A DNA stretch of 64,000 bases, from the NCBI RefSeq assembly GCF_006345805.1, contig NC_043006.1, forward strand, positions 41,230,001 through 41,294,000, in the 5' to 3' direction. Positions within the stretch are counted from its first letter, which is position 1. Every line of letters starts with the position of its first letter. This document shows, one piece after another, positions 41,427 through 55,277 of this stretch. A model generated the notes under the pieces. It had not been told where the DNA came from. It did no database searches and saw only the letters and a list, made by a program, of their open reading frames with translations. The position numbers and the translations under genes were made by a program. Origin of the DNA: Octopus sinensis. Its lineage: Eukaryota.

Positions 41427-41583
41427 GTACAGAGAAGCCAACATACATAGGTGCATATATGCAAATATATATATATATATACAAACATACATACTTGCAC
41501 ACATATGCACTTGCAAACATACACACAAATTCACACACACAGACACACACTCACAAGCATATTCTCTCTCTCTTTCTCTTTCC

Positions 41584-41619
<36 letters not shown>

Positions 41620-41767
41620 TTATATATATGTGTGTGTATGTGTGTGTGTGTGTGCATGTATGTATACACATGAAAAGAGTTTAATCTTCAGTTGCATTAT
41701 AATAACCAGCATATTTAAATAGCTTGCTGAGCTCTAAATACGTGCATAAACATACATATACACCCTC

Positions 41768-41823
<56 letters not shown>

Positions 41824-42479
41824 AACATGCGTACATATACGTACTCGCACGCACATACACATAGTGATATATGTATATATTTCCAAATAAATATACAAGA
41901 ATTCATCGACAAAGTAGATTAAAGTGCTACAAACTCAGCGAATAGAAATAGAGGCTTCATTGTTAGAAAATTATTTTAACTTTACATACATGTATTTTTT
42001 TTCGGTGTTTTTGATTGACAAATCACTTAAAGTGTCAGCTCTGAGAGGCTCTTTGCAAATTTGTCAGCTGGTTTCAGCCTAATGAATCGTAAACTTCTAT
42101 TGTTCATTTTTGAAATGATTCTAACGTTCCAATGAAACATAAGTGCGGAATAATGTTTTTTTTTAAAGTAAAAAAAAAAGAATACTGTCGACAGTAACGT
42201 ACCTTAATGTAAATGAACGAAACTGTACGCGTTGTTTACACATAGATATAGATATATACACGTAAATATCGATCATTGCATTGGTGGATATAATTTCTTT
42301 ATTTGTGAATTAAGGCTACCATTGGTCTCATATTAAGAAAAGTAGGGAAATATCCTAATTTCTTCATAATTTTTCAAGCCGATCATATCGAGAAAGTTGT
42401 TCGCCTCCATTATGGGGAAAACAGCTCCGTTTAGTTCCCGGAGATTCTCGTGAATTTACGTGAATAAAACAACGAATCA

Positions 42480-43530
42480 ATGAATAAAACAATAAATCAA
42501 CGTACCTTTTGGGTGGTATCCTCTGGATGTTTGCCTCCCATGGATATGTATTTTGGGCAAATTTTTGTGTGGTTAATTTGTTTGCATTATTTTGTTTTTA
42601 TTCTGGGTATGGTGTTCTTATATTTGTATGCTGAGATAGTTAGTCATTGGGGCATATTCTGTGTGTGAAATTTATGTACTCTGTCTGTTCAGATTTCACG
42701 TTTAGGAAAGGGGCTATTCTGGTGGTATTACCGTCGCAGATAGTGGATCTTTTTGAAATATCTGAGTGTAAGATATTGCTGGTGTATGCAGGGGGAGGTT
42801 TCATCCATAATGTTTAGGATGCTATCTGTTGAGTGTATAATGTATAATTTTTCAGTAATACAGAGTTCACGTTTGGTGCACCATCCTCTGTGTCTTTTGG
42901 CTTTAACAATAATCTTCCATTCTATGTGGGGGTAGCTTATTCTACCTTTTTTCAATGTCCATATAGTATCTGACTGGGATGTCGCATGTTTTTTTTAAAT
43001 TTTTGTCTCTGTTGTGTGTATCTTTCCTTGAACGAGTTGCCTGTAATTCCGATATGCGTCTTTGCTATTCCGTTAGGGTCCGTGATCTTGGTTTTGTGTA
43101 CGAGTTCTTTCTGGAGAAAGTTGTTTAGAGGGCAGTGGTTTGGGGATCTAAAATTGCATTGTCTTTCGGGGTGTTTCTGGTCCGTTTATTCTTATTGTGA
43201 TTGAGTATTATTGACCTTATATTAGGGAGACAACGATAACTATTTCTATTGAAGATCTTGTGGTATTTGTGTGAATGTGGAAAGTAGTCTATTAGTTTTA
43301 AGAATTTCTTAGCTATGCTAGAAGCAATATCCATGCTATAAGGTGGCTTAACCATACGATTTTCCTCTGCGTCTTTTTGGTCTATTTATAGTTGGTTCAA
43401 TGTAGTATATGCTATTCTTGAAGTCGGATCTTTCTATTGCAGCATTATAATATGGGGCGGCTTTTCAAAGGTGCCTGTATCGGCGGATAAATTGGAGACG
43501 CCTGCTAATGTTGTTAACCATGTGTTTAAT
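42480..43530 (-). mobile_element. Penelope-like element (Neptune-like) RT C-terminus and GIY-YIG remnant, decayed
   Basis: KPPYSMDIASSIAKKFLKLIDYFPHSHKYHKIFNRNSYRCLPNI; KTHIGITGNSFKERY; IEWKIIVKAK...ELCITEKLYII...LN. These match the PLE patterns WFNPP...HKIFNRN and GIY-YIG. Confidence 0.85.
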
Positions 43531-43759
43531 TATTGCTGGTTGGTAATTATACACATGTATACACATACATACATACATACATACATACATACATACATAC
43601 ATACATACATACATACAATCATATATACATATTGATAGAAATGGTAAGACAACAAAAGAATGAAAGAGACCTCGATATTATGAGTTTCGGATATCGGGAC
43701 GGAAACTCACGCCTCCATCTCTTCAGTTATTCGGCCATCGAAAAAAAATATATATATAC

Positions 43760-43823
<64 letters not shown>

Positions 43824-44146
43824 GCACATGAATAAATAAATACACGAGCGCGAGAGCGCGCTCAAGAACAAATACATAAGTAGATGTATCACATGATAAT
43901 ATAGATTCAATACCCACAAAAATATTGTTCATAACAAAATTTCAGAAGTACAGCGTTTGCTTAACGCATTAGTGGGAAGAGTATAATTCAACAGAAGGAA
44001 GGAAGAGAGAAATATAGAGGAAGTGAGAAAGAGTGAAAATAAGGTAAAGTGTAAAAAACTAAGTGGAAGTGCTGGTCTATGGGGTTGTATAATAGGGAGG
44101 AAAGGGAAGGTAAGTATATGCAAATATAAGAGGTTATCTTATATTT

Positions 44147-44447
44147 ATGGAGGCGCAATGGCCCAGTGGTTAGGGCAGCGGACTCGCGGTCGTAGGATCG
44201 CGGTTTCGATTCCCAGACCGGGCGTTTGTTGAGCGAAAACACCGAAAGCTCCACGAGACTCCGGCAGGGGGTGGTGGCGATCCCTGCCGTACTCTTCGCC
44301 ACAACTTTCTCTCACTCTTTCTTCTGTTGGCCTGCTCACTTAACCAGCGGGGTGGCGTCAATTGAAGGCTAAAACAATGCGAAGCGCATTGTGACCAGCG
44401 ATGTGTAGCATCATCTGATAGCTTGGTCAGTCACGGTGATCATGGTG
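44147..44447 (+). mobile_element. tRNA-derived SINE family C, tail type 2, full-length with TSD
   Basis: A and B boxes; 11-bp target-site duplication ATCTTATATTT (44136-44146 and 44448-44458); terminal repeat CACGGTGAT/CATGGTGAT. Confidence 0.88.
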
Positions 44448-45046
44448 ATCTTATATTTGCATATACATAAGAGAGGAGTGGACAGCGTGTTACTCTGTTG
44501 CGTGTGATTGCTTAGCGGTTTGGAAGTGCAGTACAGGCGTTACTTATGGGATGTGCGTAATACTTATAAAGGTGTAGTGAAAGCATGTGGGCGAATAGGC
44601 GGGAGCAAGTGAGAGTCTAAAGGAATAAAGGTATGTCAGGAAACTAATGGGATGGCGAGAGCCATACAGAAGTTGCTATGTATATATAATATATACATAA
44701 CCGCGCTCACACACACTCACACACACACACACACACACACACACATCTAAGGTATACATAAAACACATACATACATAAATACACCAACACACACATGTGT
44801 TTGAGTATATAAATGTGTGTGTGTATATGTCTATATGTCTATGTGAATTTTAAAAATGTATTTGGGGTGATAATAAGAAAATTATTCGAGTGTAAAAGCT
44901 TTTAAAGACCCCAATTAAATTAATCGAAAACATTATCCATTACAAAGCACCGATATATAAAAAATATACTTAGATCTATTTTGCGCAATAAAATAGAATT
45001 TTGCCTAGACATAAACAATACATACATACCTACATAAAGCATACAC

Positions 45047-45085
<39 letters not shown>

Positions 45086-45169
45086 TTTACACATGTATAC
45101 GTATACATATATATGTATATGTGTATATCTATTTGTATATATGTATGTATATGTGCTTATATATGTATA

Positions 45170-45246
<77 letters not shown>

Positions 45247-45283
45247 ATATATATATATAATATATATATATGAATGTGTGTGT

Positions 45284-45430
45284 GGGCGCATGACTTGGTG
45301 GTTAGGTTCTTGCACCCACGATTACAAGATCATGGTTCGATTCCCAGACCGTGCGTTGCGTTATGTTCTTGAGCAAAGCACTTCATTTCACGTTGTTCTG
45401 CGATCATTTCGTCGTCTGACACGTCGCACA
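45284..45430 (+). mobile_element. SINE family D, 5' half
   Basis: Aligns with the reverse complement of 6800-6955. Confidence 0.75.
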
Positions 45431-45974
45431 ATGTGCACACACACACACACATACAGACACACACACACACACACAAATATATATATATATATATATATAA
45501 TTAACCCCCCCACCCAAAAAATAAAAGAAGCGACACAACAAGAAAAATAACAATAACGCGGGAACGTGGTACATGCAAAGTATTAATAGATGCTCAGGGA
45601 AGGAAAGAAAGGTAGTTTTACGCTTCGAGCAAAGCTCTTCTGCAGAAACAAGAGAATAAGAAAGTCCAAGAGAAAGGAAAGACGGAGGAAAAAAATCGCC
45701 GACAAATCCCCGTATAGTTCCATTTATGTGTGTGTGTGTGTACAGCACAGAGCACACAGACATAGACAGGGAAATGTAAACACAGGAGTGCGCACATGCC
45801 CACAGAAACTTACCCAACCGCACACAAGCACATATTTTAACCACAATATTTTCTCTGCTAAGCATCAGCTTAATGCTAGTAATAATAATGCATATCCCGC
45901 TCGTGAGGAGCAAGGATGAAACTGATTGAGAACTGAAAACAAAAATAAGTAATTAGTAATTACACAACGAACCT

Positions 45975-46257
45975 TATAGCGTAGTGGTTAAGAACGCGGA
46001 CTACTAACCCCAAGATTCCGAGTTCTATTCCAGGCAGTGAACTGAATAATAATAATAATGATGATAATAATAATAATAATAATGATAATAATAATAATAA
46101 TAACAACGACAACAACAACAACATCGAAAAACTATCTTAGGAATGAGAACCCAGGTTCGAAATTTCCCCCAAGACACCTGATGAAGGCTGGAGGGTATAT
46201 CAGCCGAAACGTTGTGTTAACAACAAACAAGATGAGGATAAAAATCTATCAAAAATG
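45975..46257 (+). mobile_element. tRNA-head + (AAT)n + hammerhead cassette (PLE-derived short element)
   Basis: A-box-like TAGCGTAGTGG and B-box-like GAGTTCTATTCC, then (AAT)n, then a tail matching 29690-29830 and 40660-40825. Confidence 0.85.
46173..46218 (+). ncRNA. Minimal type I hammerhead ribozyme, family 1, intact
   Basis: Stem I GACAC/GTGTT; core CTGATGA plus an extra A; stem II GGCTG/CAGCC; GAAA; palindromic stem III ACGT; cleavage triplet GUU. This matches the dimer-dependent minimal hammerheads known from PLEs. Confidence 0.82.
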
Positions 46258-46259
46258 TC

Positions 46260-47250
46260 CAAAACTACAGAGGTGATCTAATGGGGATATGGGCTAGAGG
46301 TGACAGTCCATATAAGTCTGCCAGGCCTCCATCAGATTGTGGAAGAGCTGGTTTTGCCGGATGAAACTAGATTGAGGATTGTTGTGGAAGGTAAACCTCC
46401 ATTATGTTTTTTTGTGCGGAGTAAGGGGACACATGAAGGCCAAGTGTCCCCAGAAACACAAGGAGGAAATAACAGAAAAAGAAATTCAAGAAGAAGAGAG
46501 TAGAGGAAGAGAAAATGGAGGAGCCACCTACGGTGGTGAAAAGAATATAGAACTTAGAATCAACACCAAAAAGCCCCAAGGAGAAAAAAAAAGAAAGACA
46601 AATGAAGAGGAGAATAAGAAAGAAAAGAGAAAAAATAGAAAACCAAGTGAGATGCGAACGTACGAACCGTCGCCTTCAACTAGCAAGGAAGAAGGTGTAC
46701 GAAAGAAGGATGGAAACAAAAGAGACAGCGAATTTGAGATAGAGACATTTATGACGGACAAAGAGAGTGGTAAAGGATATGAGAGAACGATACCTACAGG
46801 GAGAAGTATATGAAAAAAGCGTCGAAATTGAAAAGAGAGTAACAAAAATGAAAAATATTATCAGAGTGAAAATAGCAAACCATGAAGGTGAGGGTTTGCT
46901 ATTGGAGAGAGAAAGAGGAGAGTGGTTGGTAGAACTATTTGGGAAAAAAGAGTTGAAATAGCACCATTTCAGTATAGATACAACGAGCCAGCTGTTGTAT
47001 TTTTTGACGATATAAAGCAGCATTTGTTGTAATTTTGTGTTAAGGAAAAGATACAAGAATGTAAAGTAAAACTGTAATTTAAAAAACAGTAAAATCGAAC
47101 TACCTACTTTGGTGGGTAGGAAAGCTATTTTATTCTCATTAATTATATTCATAATTCATCCGATATGTATTTTCACATACCCCAATGTATTGCTTTCTCA
47201 GTCCTTGTACTGCCTCCTCTATGTTATGGCTGTAGTGCCAAAATAAAGAG
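46260..47250 (+). mobile_element. ORF1-only LINE-like element, copy 2, 5'-truncated divergent subfamily
   Basis: LPDETRLRIVVEGKPPLC(fs)FLCGVRGHMKAKC (CCHC) aligns with LPEDIRLRVVVEGRPP of copy 1. C-terminal VTKMKNIIRVKI, stop at 46961, AATAAA at 47242. No RT. Confidence 0.75.
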
Positions 47251-47897
47251 AGAAAAGTTATTCAATTGGATTCTGGAAGCTATGATTGCCTGTTTAGTTT
47301 ATCATGCACTGTTTGCTTTGTGTTAGGCATTTATGGATTTATTTTATTCTCCAGGAATTCGCCAGAACTTTTGCCAGATTCAATATAATTTCTGTGTCAC
47401 ATCTCGGTGAGTACAAAAAAAAACCTCTTATGTTATGTTATAATAATCATGTGGATTTTGAACCCTGCGTTTGTGGCAGGTTGTGTAGCAATTTTGCTAG
47501 CTACTTCTGTTAAGATAAATGTTAAAATTTGTATAAATATATATATAGTAAGAGGAAGGTTATGAATATCCAGGCAAATAAGGCGTTACTGTCTGTAAAC
47601 ATATATATATATGATGTGTGTGTGTAATTGTGTGTGTCTTCGTTCAACTAAAATTCTTCAAGCTGTTGCCCCAGCATGGCTGGAGTCTAATGACTGAAGC
47701 AAGAGTAAGAGAAAAGATAAAAGATGCATGTATGTGTATGTGAGTGTGCGCGTGTATATGTGTATGTGTACATATGTATATATATGACATAAATCGATGT
47801 ACACACGCATATACATACACACATATATACATATGCGCATATATAAATAAATATATATATAATAAATATATATATATATATATATATAATATATATA

Positions 47898-47968
<71 letters not shown>

Positions 47969-48377
47969 TAAGGCAATAGGAAATACTAATAACAAAATAG
48001 AAATAAGGACAAGAAGCACAAGAGAAGTTCACTGCTAATATTATTATGTTGACGCTCAAGGAAGCATGGAAAGATGAAAAATTGATAACGTTTCAGACGT
48101 AGACTTTTGTGCGGATAATAGAGGAAAGAACCGGAGAAAGTAGAAAGAAAAAGAAAGCAGAGGAAAGAAGGGGTCCCTGAAAATAATGCACTTGGGTTTG
48201 CGTCCACAGGCTTGATATAGATGAGACAAATAATTCTAATTCAGGTGGAAGCACAACGATTATGTTTGGTGGTGAAAGGCATTTGTCGTAATCGATCTCA
48301 GCTACTTAAGTGCTACTTTGCTTCTTGGTAACGACAAGAGTGAAAGGCAAAATCAACCTCGATAGTATTTGAACAAT

Positions 48378-48538
48378 AGGCGTTGTGGTAAGTAGCTTGC
48401 TAACCAACCACATGGTTCCGGGTTCAGTTTCATTGCGTGGCAATGTGGGTAAATGTCTCTTACTATAGCCGCGGGCCGACCTCAGACTTGTGAGTGGATT
48501 TGGTAAACGGAAACAGAAAGAATGTCGTCGTATATATG

Positions 48539-48595
<57 letters not shown>

Positions 48596-48792
48596 TTGTG
48601 TATCTTTGTTTGTCCCCACAACATCGCTTGACAACCGATGCTGGTGTGTTTACGTCCCCGTAACTTAGCGGTTCGGCAAAAAACTGATAGAATAAGTACT
48701 AGGCTTACAAAGAATAAGTCCCGCGGTCGATTTGCTCCACTAAAGGCGGTGTTCCAGCATGGCCACAGTCAAATGACTGAAACAAGTAAAAG
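48378..48792 (+). mobile_element. SINE family A
   Basis: Head, (TA)n(TG)n insert and full tail ending GAAACAAGTAAAAGA. Confidence 0.88.
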
Positions 48793-48962
48793 AGACCAAA
48801 AGAGAGAATATTTTCTCAACTTCTTACAACAAGTAAACTTATAAACATTTACAAGCGTTCTTAAATTTATTAATGCAATTGTTGCAAACTCCCACCCTTG
48901 CCAGTTTCCACCGAATTCAGATTTTATCCTGTTTTATTGTAGTTTTTGGTTATGTTTCCCAG

Positions 48963-49076
48963 GGCCATGCTGAGGAAATACTGTCGTTCATCTTGCTCTT
49001 TGACAGTAATCCGATATTACAACGGTTTGCCAGAGAACTTTGTTTCGACAAAGTCATCAAAACATTTTTAATTCTC
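48963..49076 (+). CDS. Candidate exon (GHAEEILSFILLFDSNPILQRFARELCFDKVIKTFLIL)
   Basis: TTTCCCAG acceptor, GTAAGG donor, phase 0/0; could be a chance open frame. Confidence 0.33.
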
Positions 49077-50247
49077 GTAAGGCGATATATATTGAATTGA
49101 TGAGAGATAATATTCCCTTGTTTGCTAGGAAATACTTCAATTCGTGATGGACTGCTGAGACACTGGCACAAGATATGTTAAGATATAAAGGTCTGTAAAA
49201 AGATACTAAAACTTACGTAATCAAAACCAAAGCTTGGAAACTAAGAGTGTGCAGGAGAGAGGAAGGATGAAAATGATAGAGGGGAAAAGTGCAACAGTTA
49301 GAGAAGAAATGAGAGTGAGGAAGTAGAAGCAACAAAGAGCAAAAGAATAAGAGAAACCGACCGCGAAATTGAGTGGAGAAAGGAATGATAGAGCGGAGGA
49401 AGGTAGAGGAGTGATTTGTATGTGTCTGTATATGTATATATATATGTGTTTGCGTGGGTACGTTTCTGTATGTGTTAGTGTGTATGTGTGTGTGTGTGCA
49501 TGCATTATTTTACAAATGCCGGGATAGTCAAAAGTAAAAACAGAAATTTTCGGCTAATGTTAGCAATAAATGTCAACATGTATAAATGACTTGAAACGAC
49601 ATGAAACGTGATAGTTATACAGCTACACGCACACACATATGTACACTCATATTCGCATATATCTGTGTGTGTACATTTATGTAGGAGTGCGCGTGTGTAT
49701 TTATATGTAGTTTATGTTTATTTGTATGTACGTATCAATACTTCACGTAAAGTTTATATTCATTGGGAATTAGTCGATGATTCACAAGTTGATACTCAAA
49801 ATTTCGTTCAATATGTGCTTGTTCAGGCAACACTGAACTGAGTTGAGATTCTCGCTGGTCCGGTTAAGCAGTAGTTTGTTCGATATTAATCAAGTCTCAT
49901 TAAAACGGTACGCCAACAAGAAGTGGCTTTACAGGGAAACTACTGAAGAATTCTTCCTTCCCACTTTTACACATTTATACAAAGATCCAGAAGTAGAAAG
50001 CAATCAAGCTATTAACTTAAATGTAGCCACAGAGTAGCTATATATATATTGTATAAAATTAATAAGCCATCATAACAGAACCTAAAATAGCTGACGACAT
50101 TTTTGAGCAAGGGGGTACAAGTTGTATAACATCCGCATGCTAAATTTTCTCTCTATTTCTGTCTCTCCTTCTAGGTGTATGTATGCGGGAATACACGTGT
50201 GTGTCTATTAATTTGTTTGTGCGTTTGTGCATATATATATATATATG

Positions 50248-50840
50248 TTAATTGGTAGCATAATATGGCTGTCCTGGAAGGGACGTTGTTACTGTTTATT
50301 AGCCCCATGAAACATCGTTTCTAGCTTGCTATACAACACATTATCTGTGTCCTTATATTTTCGAATCGGGAATTCAGCTCCCCGACCAGTAAAAACATCT
50401 GTGGACTAGTTTCAGGGTTATTCTCCTTCATCAACATTGATTAGCTGCTTGGCAATTAAATTTTAATTAAAAAAATGTTAATATATCTCTCTGAAAGATT
50501 TAGAAATAATATTATTTCTATTTATAGATCAGTGGCTGTGTATCTCTTTGAAATCTATATTTTCGAACCGTGAATTCGACAACGCCACCTAGCCAAACAG
50601 TTAATCTGTGTTGATGAAGAGTCCGCAGTTGTTTTGTGCTGGGCGAGTATGCTGAATTCCCGGTTCGAAAATATAAGGACACAGATAGTGTGTTGTATAG
50701 CCAGCTAGAAACGATGTTCCTTGGGACTAATAAACAGTAGTAACGTCCCTTCCAGGACAGCCATATTATGTTGGCAATTAGATTTTACTTTCAACAAATG
50801 TTACCGTATGTCTCTCTCTGAGAGATTTAGAAATAATACT
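50248..50840. mobile_element. Inverted pair of PLE-like terminal repeats carrying hammerhead family 2
   Basis: Arms ~50248-50457 and ~50592-50780 are reverse complements. Segment 50451-50515 recurs directly at 50773-50840. Confidence 0.8.
50397..50442 (-). ncRNA. Minimal hammerhead ribozyme, family 2 (U3 variant, stem I partly decayed)
   Basis: Minus strand reads aatcaatg-TTGATGA-agg(agaataac)cct-GAAA-CTAG-TC-cacagat. The sister arm at 50603-50617 supplies the matching stem I strand ATCTGTG. Confidence 0.7.
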
Positions 50841-52805
50841 ATATATATATATATATAATTACATATAGGCGCATCTGTTAGTGTACCTGTGTGTGTATAC
50901 AAACATACCAATCTGCATCTATATACACGTATATGCATGCACAGAACACAGGCAGTAAAAATAAAACGAATAGCTATAAATAAGAATACTGAAAACATCT
51001 ATTGCTTTAAGAAATTGTCATTCTTCTAGAAAGTAAGATATATTAGTTGATATATGAACTTATAGCATTATTTATATAAAACAGATGGAGTCGTCATATA
51101 AGAATTCTGCAAAATAATTTAATATTTAATTAGATAAGATATATGAGCAACATTATAAAGCGTCGTAGCAAACACAACACATTAAACTCAAAGATAAACT
51201 AAAATTTATAACTTAATATAAAAAACAAAACACTAAAGCATAGACGTTTTGACGGAGAAAGACCTTAAACTTACAGGTGGCTAGGTAAATCCTAGATGAC
51301 CAATGTAATTTACACATATGTTTCTTCTAATGGTCTCCGTTATTACATGGGAGATAACCATTTGTCCAGAATATGAAGTGGTGGAAGAAATTTGGATTTG
51401 ATATTAAGGAATTATAAGGAAAATATGCTTAAAATTTACTTATTCATTTTTTTGTTTACGTAATATGAAATTCTTATAGTTTCTAGTCATTCGTACTATG
51501 GTAATTATGCATAGCGCCATTTCATTCTTTTTTAGAAACCGTTAGTATGAATTTAACCATTGACTTAATTAAACGTTTTAGGAAGTGAGACATTTCATTA
51601 AAGAGTGGAATAACTAGTCTTGAAAAAATTCCTAAAATGTGTTTTTTTTTTCTTCATAGAATATTAATAGTTTAGGATATTATGTTTTCATCTGCAAACA
51701 CGAATGTTTTAAAGTTTAGACAGACAAGTTGGGCTCTTTCTCTTTACCTGACTATGCATCTACAACTAGAATTTATTGTAAGTCATTATATTACACAATA
51801 TAGTAACAACTAATAATAGAAAGAAAAGTATTACTTGCGAGACGTATTTTCCTCTGAGAAAAACATACCCGCAAAATACAAAGTTAGTCACGGAATGTAT
51901 TTTAATAATCACACGCACACAACACACAAACATAAGGAAAGAAAACCTTACAAAACAAAAGATAGGAGCGGCGCAACCTACCCTGGCAGAAAACTAATAC
52001 CAGATACTGCGGCCATCAAATTTTTTGATTATTACATGAAGTTTGTTATCAGTCTGGAAAATTTTATTAAGCCCAATAATAACGAATGAGAAATGGACAC
52101 GTCAGTTTTCCATTTATTCTTGTCTTCAATAAAAACGGCAATTGCATCCATCACTGAAAATATTTCCTTCAGAAAAGATAAAGCCAGATGAAATCGGAAA
52201 GTTTTTGTGATGTAGATGAGCCTCTTAAATTTATGGTTCCAAAGGAAAGAAGAAATTAATAAGGAAATAGGAAAAGAAAAAAAAAACCCAGCCTTCATGA
52301 ATGTTAAAACTAAAATATAATCTCGTGTTTGATAACAAATATTGAAAAAAAACTTTTCCTTTTTTCCCCTCTTTCTCCTTCTCTCACACACAAAAAACAC
52401 ACAAACATACAGACATACAAATATACAAACAGACACTGAGTACCCACAATCACACAAGCACACATATACGCAATTGCTATGCTGATGACTTCTATTGAGG
52501 CAGAATCACGTGTTTGTGTATTTTTTTTTGTCTGCACATTGACTGTTTTGCTCTTAATGCCATGTTAATTCCGGTGAATTGTTGGATTATCTTCTCTTTT
52601 GCCCAGAATCAACCGCAATTGATGTTAGGTATCCGTTCACCGAATCTTGAAACGAAGATATTGTTAAATGAAAAACTCATCTTTTGCGCTGTTTAAAATA
52701 ACTTTCTTCGGCATTTTTGTCGCTTGGGTTATATCTCTTAGATCATTTACACATACATACATACATACATACATACATACATGCATACATACATACATAC
52801 ATACA

Positions 52806-52839
<34 letters not shown>

Positions 52840-53333
52840 CACTCACACGTATTTGGTAGTTATTCCTGTATCTAAAGTTTTCTTAAAGCCAGCCTTCTGG
52901 GATATCTGAAGTTGTCAAAGATTTCAACATACATTTCCTAACAATAAAAGATTCGATTTCAAGTTTTTTTTCAATCATACAGTTATCAAAAATAAATAGA
53001 ATAGAATAGAATAAAATGAAATAAAAATGATATAAAATGAATACGTAGATAAAAATAATATGACGGCATCAAAATGACATTTTGAAGCTTTCCAATGACT
53101 TGACTGAATGTTCTTCAGAGTTAAACATGTATTTTAACTCCATTCTAAAGGAGCTTTCACTACTTTTGCAATGACACCTCAACTGTCGCACGTTGTGATG
53201 TACAATCATGAGTGAACTGTCTGAATCGTAGAGGAACAATGAGAAAAGTATATGAACTTCTGTCTCTTCTGCTTGCGATGTTCCGTCCACTAAGCTATAT
53301 AATTTCTTCTATCTACAATTTCTTCTATGTTTG

Positions 53334-53470
<137 letters not shown>

Positions 53471-53575
53471 ATCTACCTATCTATCTCTATGCATCTCCAG
53501 ATAGCGTCCAATAACACAATACTTGTTCCACGTCCTCGCGGTGTTGTTTTCTCTTTGTTCATGTTTGGATTAACT

Positions 53576-53679
<104 letters not shown>

Positions 53680-54762
53680 GGAGTTATTTTGCTAAAGGGT
53701 GGAAATAAGAAGTATAAAGATAAATAAGAGAATAAAAGTAAAAATAAAAAATAAAAATATATATAGGATATTTTAGATGCAGTTCCATTATCCAAGGAAA
53801 GTGCTGTGTAGGAGTGGTAGAAATGCTTCTTGACCATGATTTGTAAATTCCGATAGGAGTTCATATTTTATCATTACAAATGAAAAGCGTCGAGATGTAT
53901 ATTCCATGTGCTGTTCATTCAAAGGGGTCTTGTAGTGTGAATGAAATTTTGAGAGTGCAGTGGTAGTATTAAGTAGATAGAGAAGAGAGAAAAGATGAGT
54001 GTAATAAAATGAATAGGTGAAGAAAGAAGAAAGAAAGAGAGACGAGGAGAAAATGAAAAAAAGGAGTGTATTTGGTGGTTAAGATATTATGAGGGAATAG
54101 GAGAGGAGTAGAGGAAGGATAGGAAGAGATAAGAATATAAGAATGGATGGTGAGTGGGAGTGATATGTCTGAAAGGCACTAAGGTGGAGGGATGGGCACA
54201 TAAAATGATACAGGGGGTATTTTCTAGTGAGTTGTAAACCTCAAAAGATATTAGTGGTCAAGTTTCTAAAAATTGACGGATTTTTGTTTATTGTAGTGGT
54301 TAATGTGACAGTGGGGGCTGAGGAATCAAGGAGAAAGAAAGAAAGAAGTGTATATTGATATACGCACGCGTGCACATAGATACATATATATATATATATA
54401 TACACGTGTGTATATGCACTAGGCTCGCATACTCATATACATAAACCCATTCGCATATATGCCTATATGTGTGTGTGTGTGTGGGGGGGGCGTGTATATA
54501 TATGGTGAGAAATTACAAGAAAACAAAAGACGAAGACAGGTGTGTAAACAGCATATAGATGCATTAGTTTATCGCTCGCCCCATAGATATATGCATACAG
54601 ACATACACGCACGTACATATACACACATAAACTATATATATATATATACATATACACGTTTTTGTGTGTGTATGTGTGTGTGTGTGTAGATATATATATA
54701 TATATATGTGTGTGTGTGTACGTATGTATGCTTGTTGTGTGCGGGTGTGGGGAAAGAAAGAA

Positions 54763-54836
<74 letters not shown>

Positions 54837-55184
54837 AATCATTAAATAGGTTTTCTTTCTCATCTACAACTAATTTACATCACCGAAGAAAAGTGGAAAT
54901 TATCTAATGTCATTTCAATTCTTGTATAATGCAAATGAACGTGAACTCTGTTTAGAAATCGATATCACGAAGAAAGACAATTGATGCTGCTGCTGAGTTT
55001 ATAGTTTGTTATTAATGTATATAACACTTTATGACACAGAATATTTGAAATAATATAATCAAACAATTATCAGAAAATATTATTCGTATCCGTGTTTAAA
55101 ATATATACTGAAAATATGGCGTTTGATAAAGTATTTAGTCGGAAACAGTTAAGAAATGACATTTAACCTTTTGAACTTTTTCAG

Positions 55185-55277
55185 CTTGTCAACTTTACCA
55201 TAGAGTATTCTGTTCCTTTGGCCTTGTGCCACATTGAATCACTCCGCTTGCTGGCTTCGGCTAACAATGCTGTTTGA
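55185..55277 (+). CDS. Candidate terminal exon (LVNFTIEYSVPLALCHIESLRLLASANNAV*)
   Basis: Polypyrimidine tract plus TTTTTCAG acceptor with upstream branch-like TGAC/TTAAC; phase 0; locally higher GC. Confidence 0.42.
   Translation, partial: LVNFTIEYSVPLALCHIESLRLLASANNAV

Noticed and set aside
52032-52230. Minus-strand frame EIFSVMDAIAVFIEDKNKWK as an exon
   Set aside because: Weak acceptor and donor; both strands are partly open and there is no recognisable motif.
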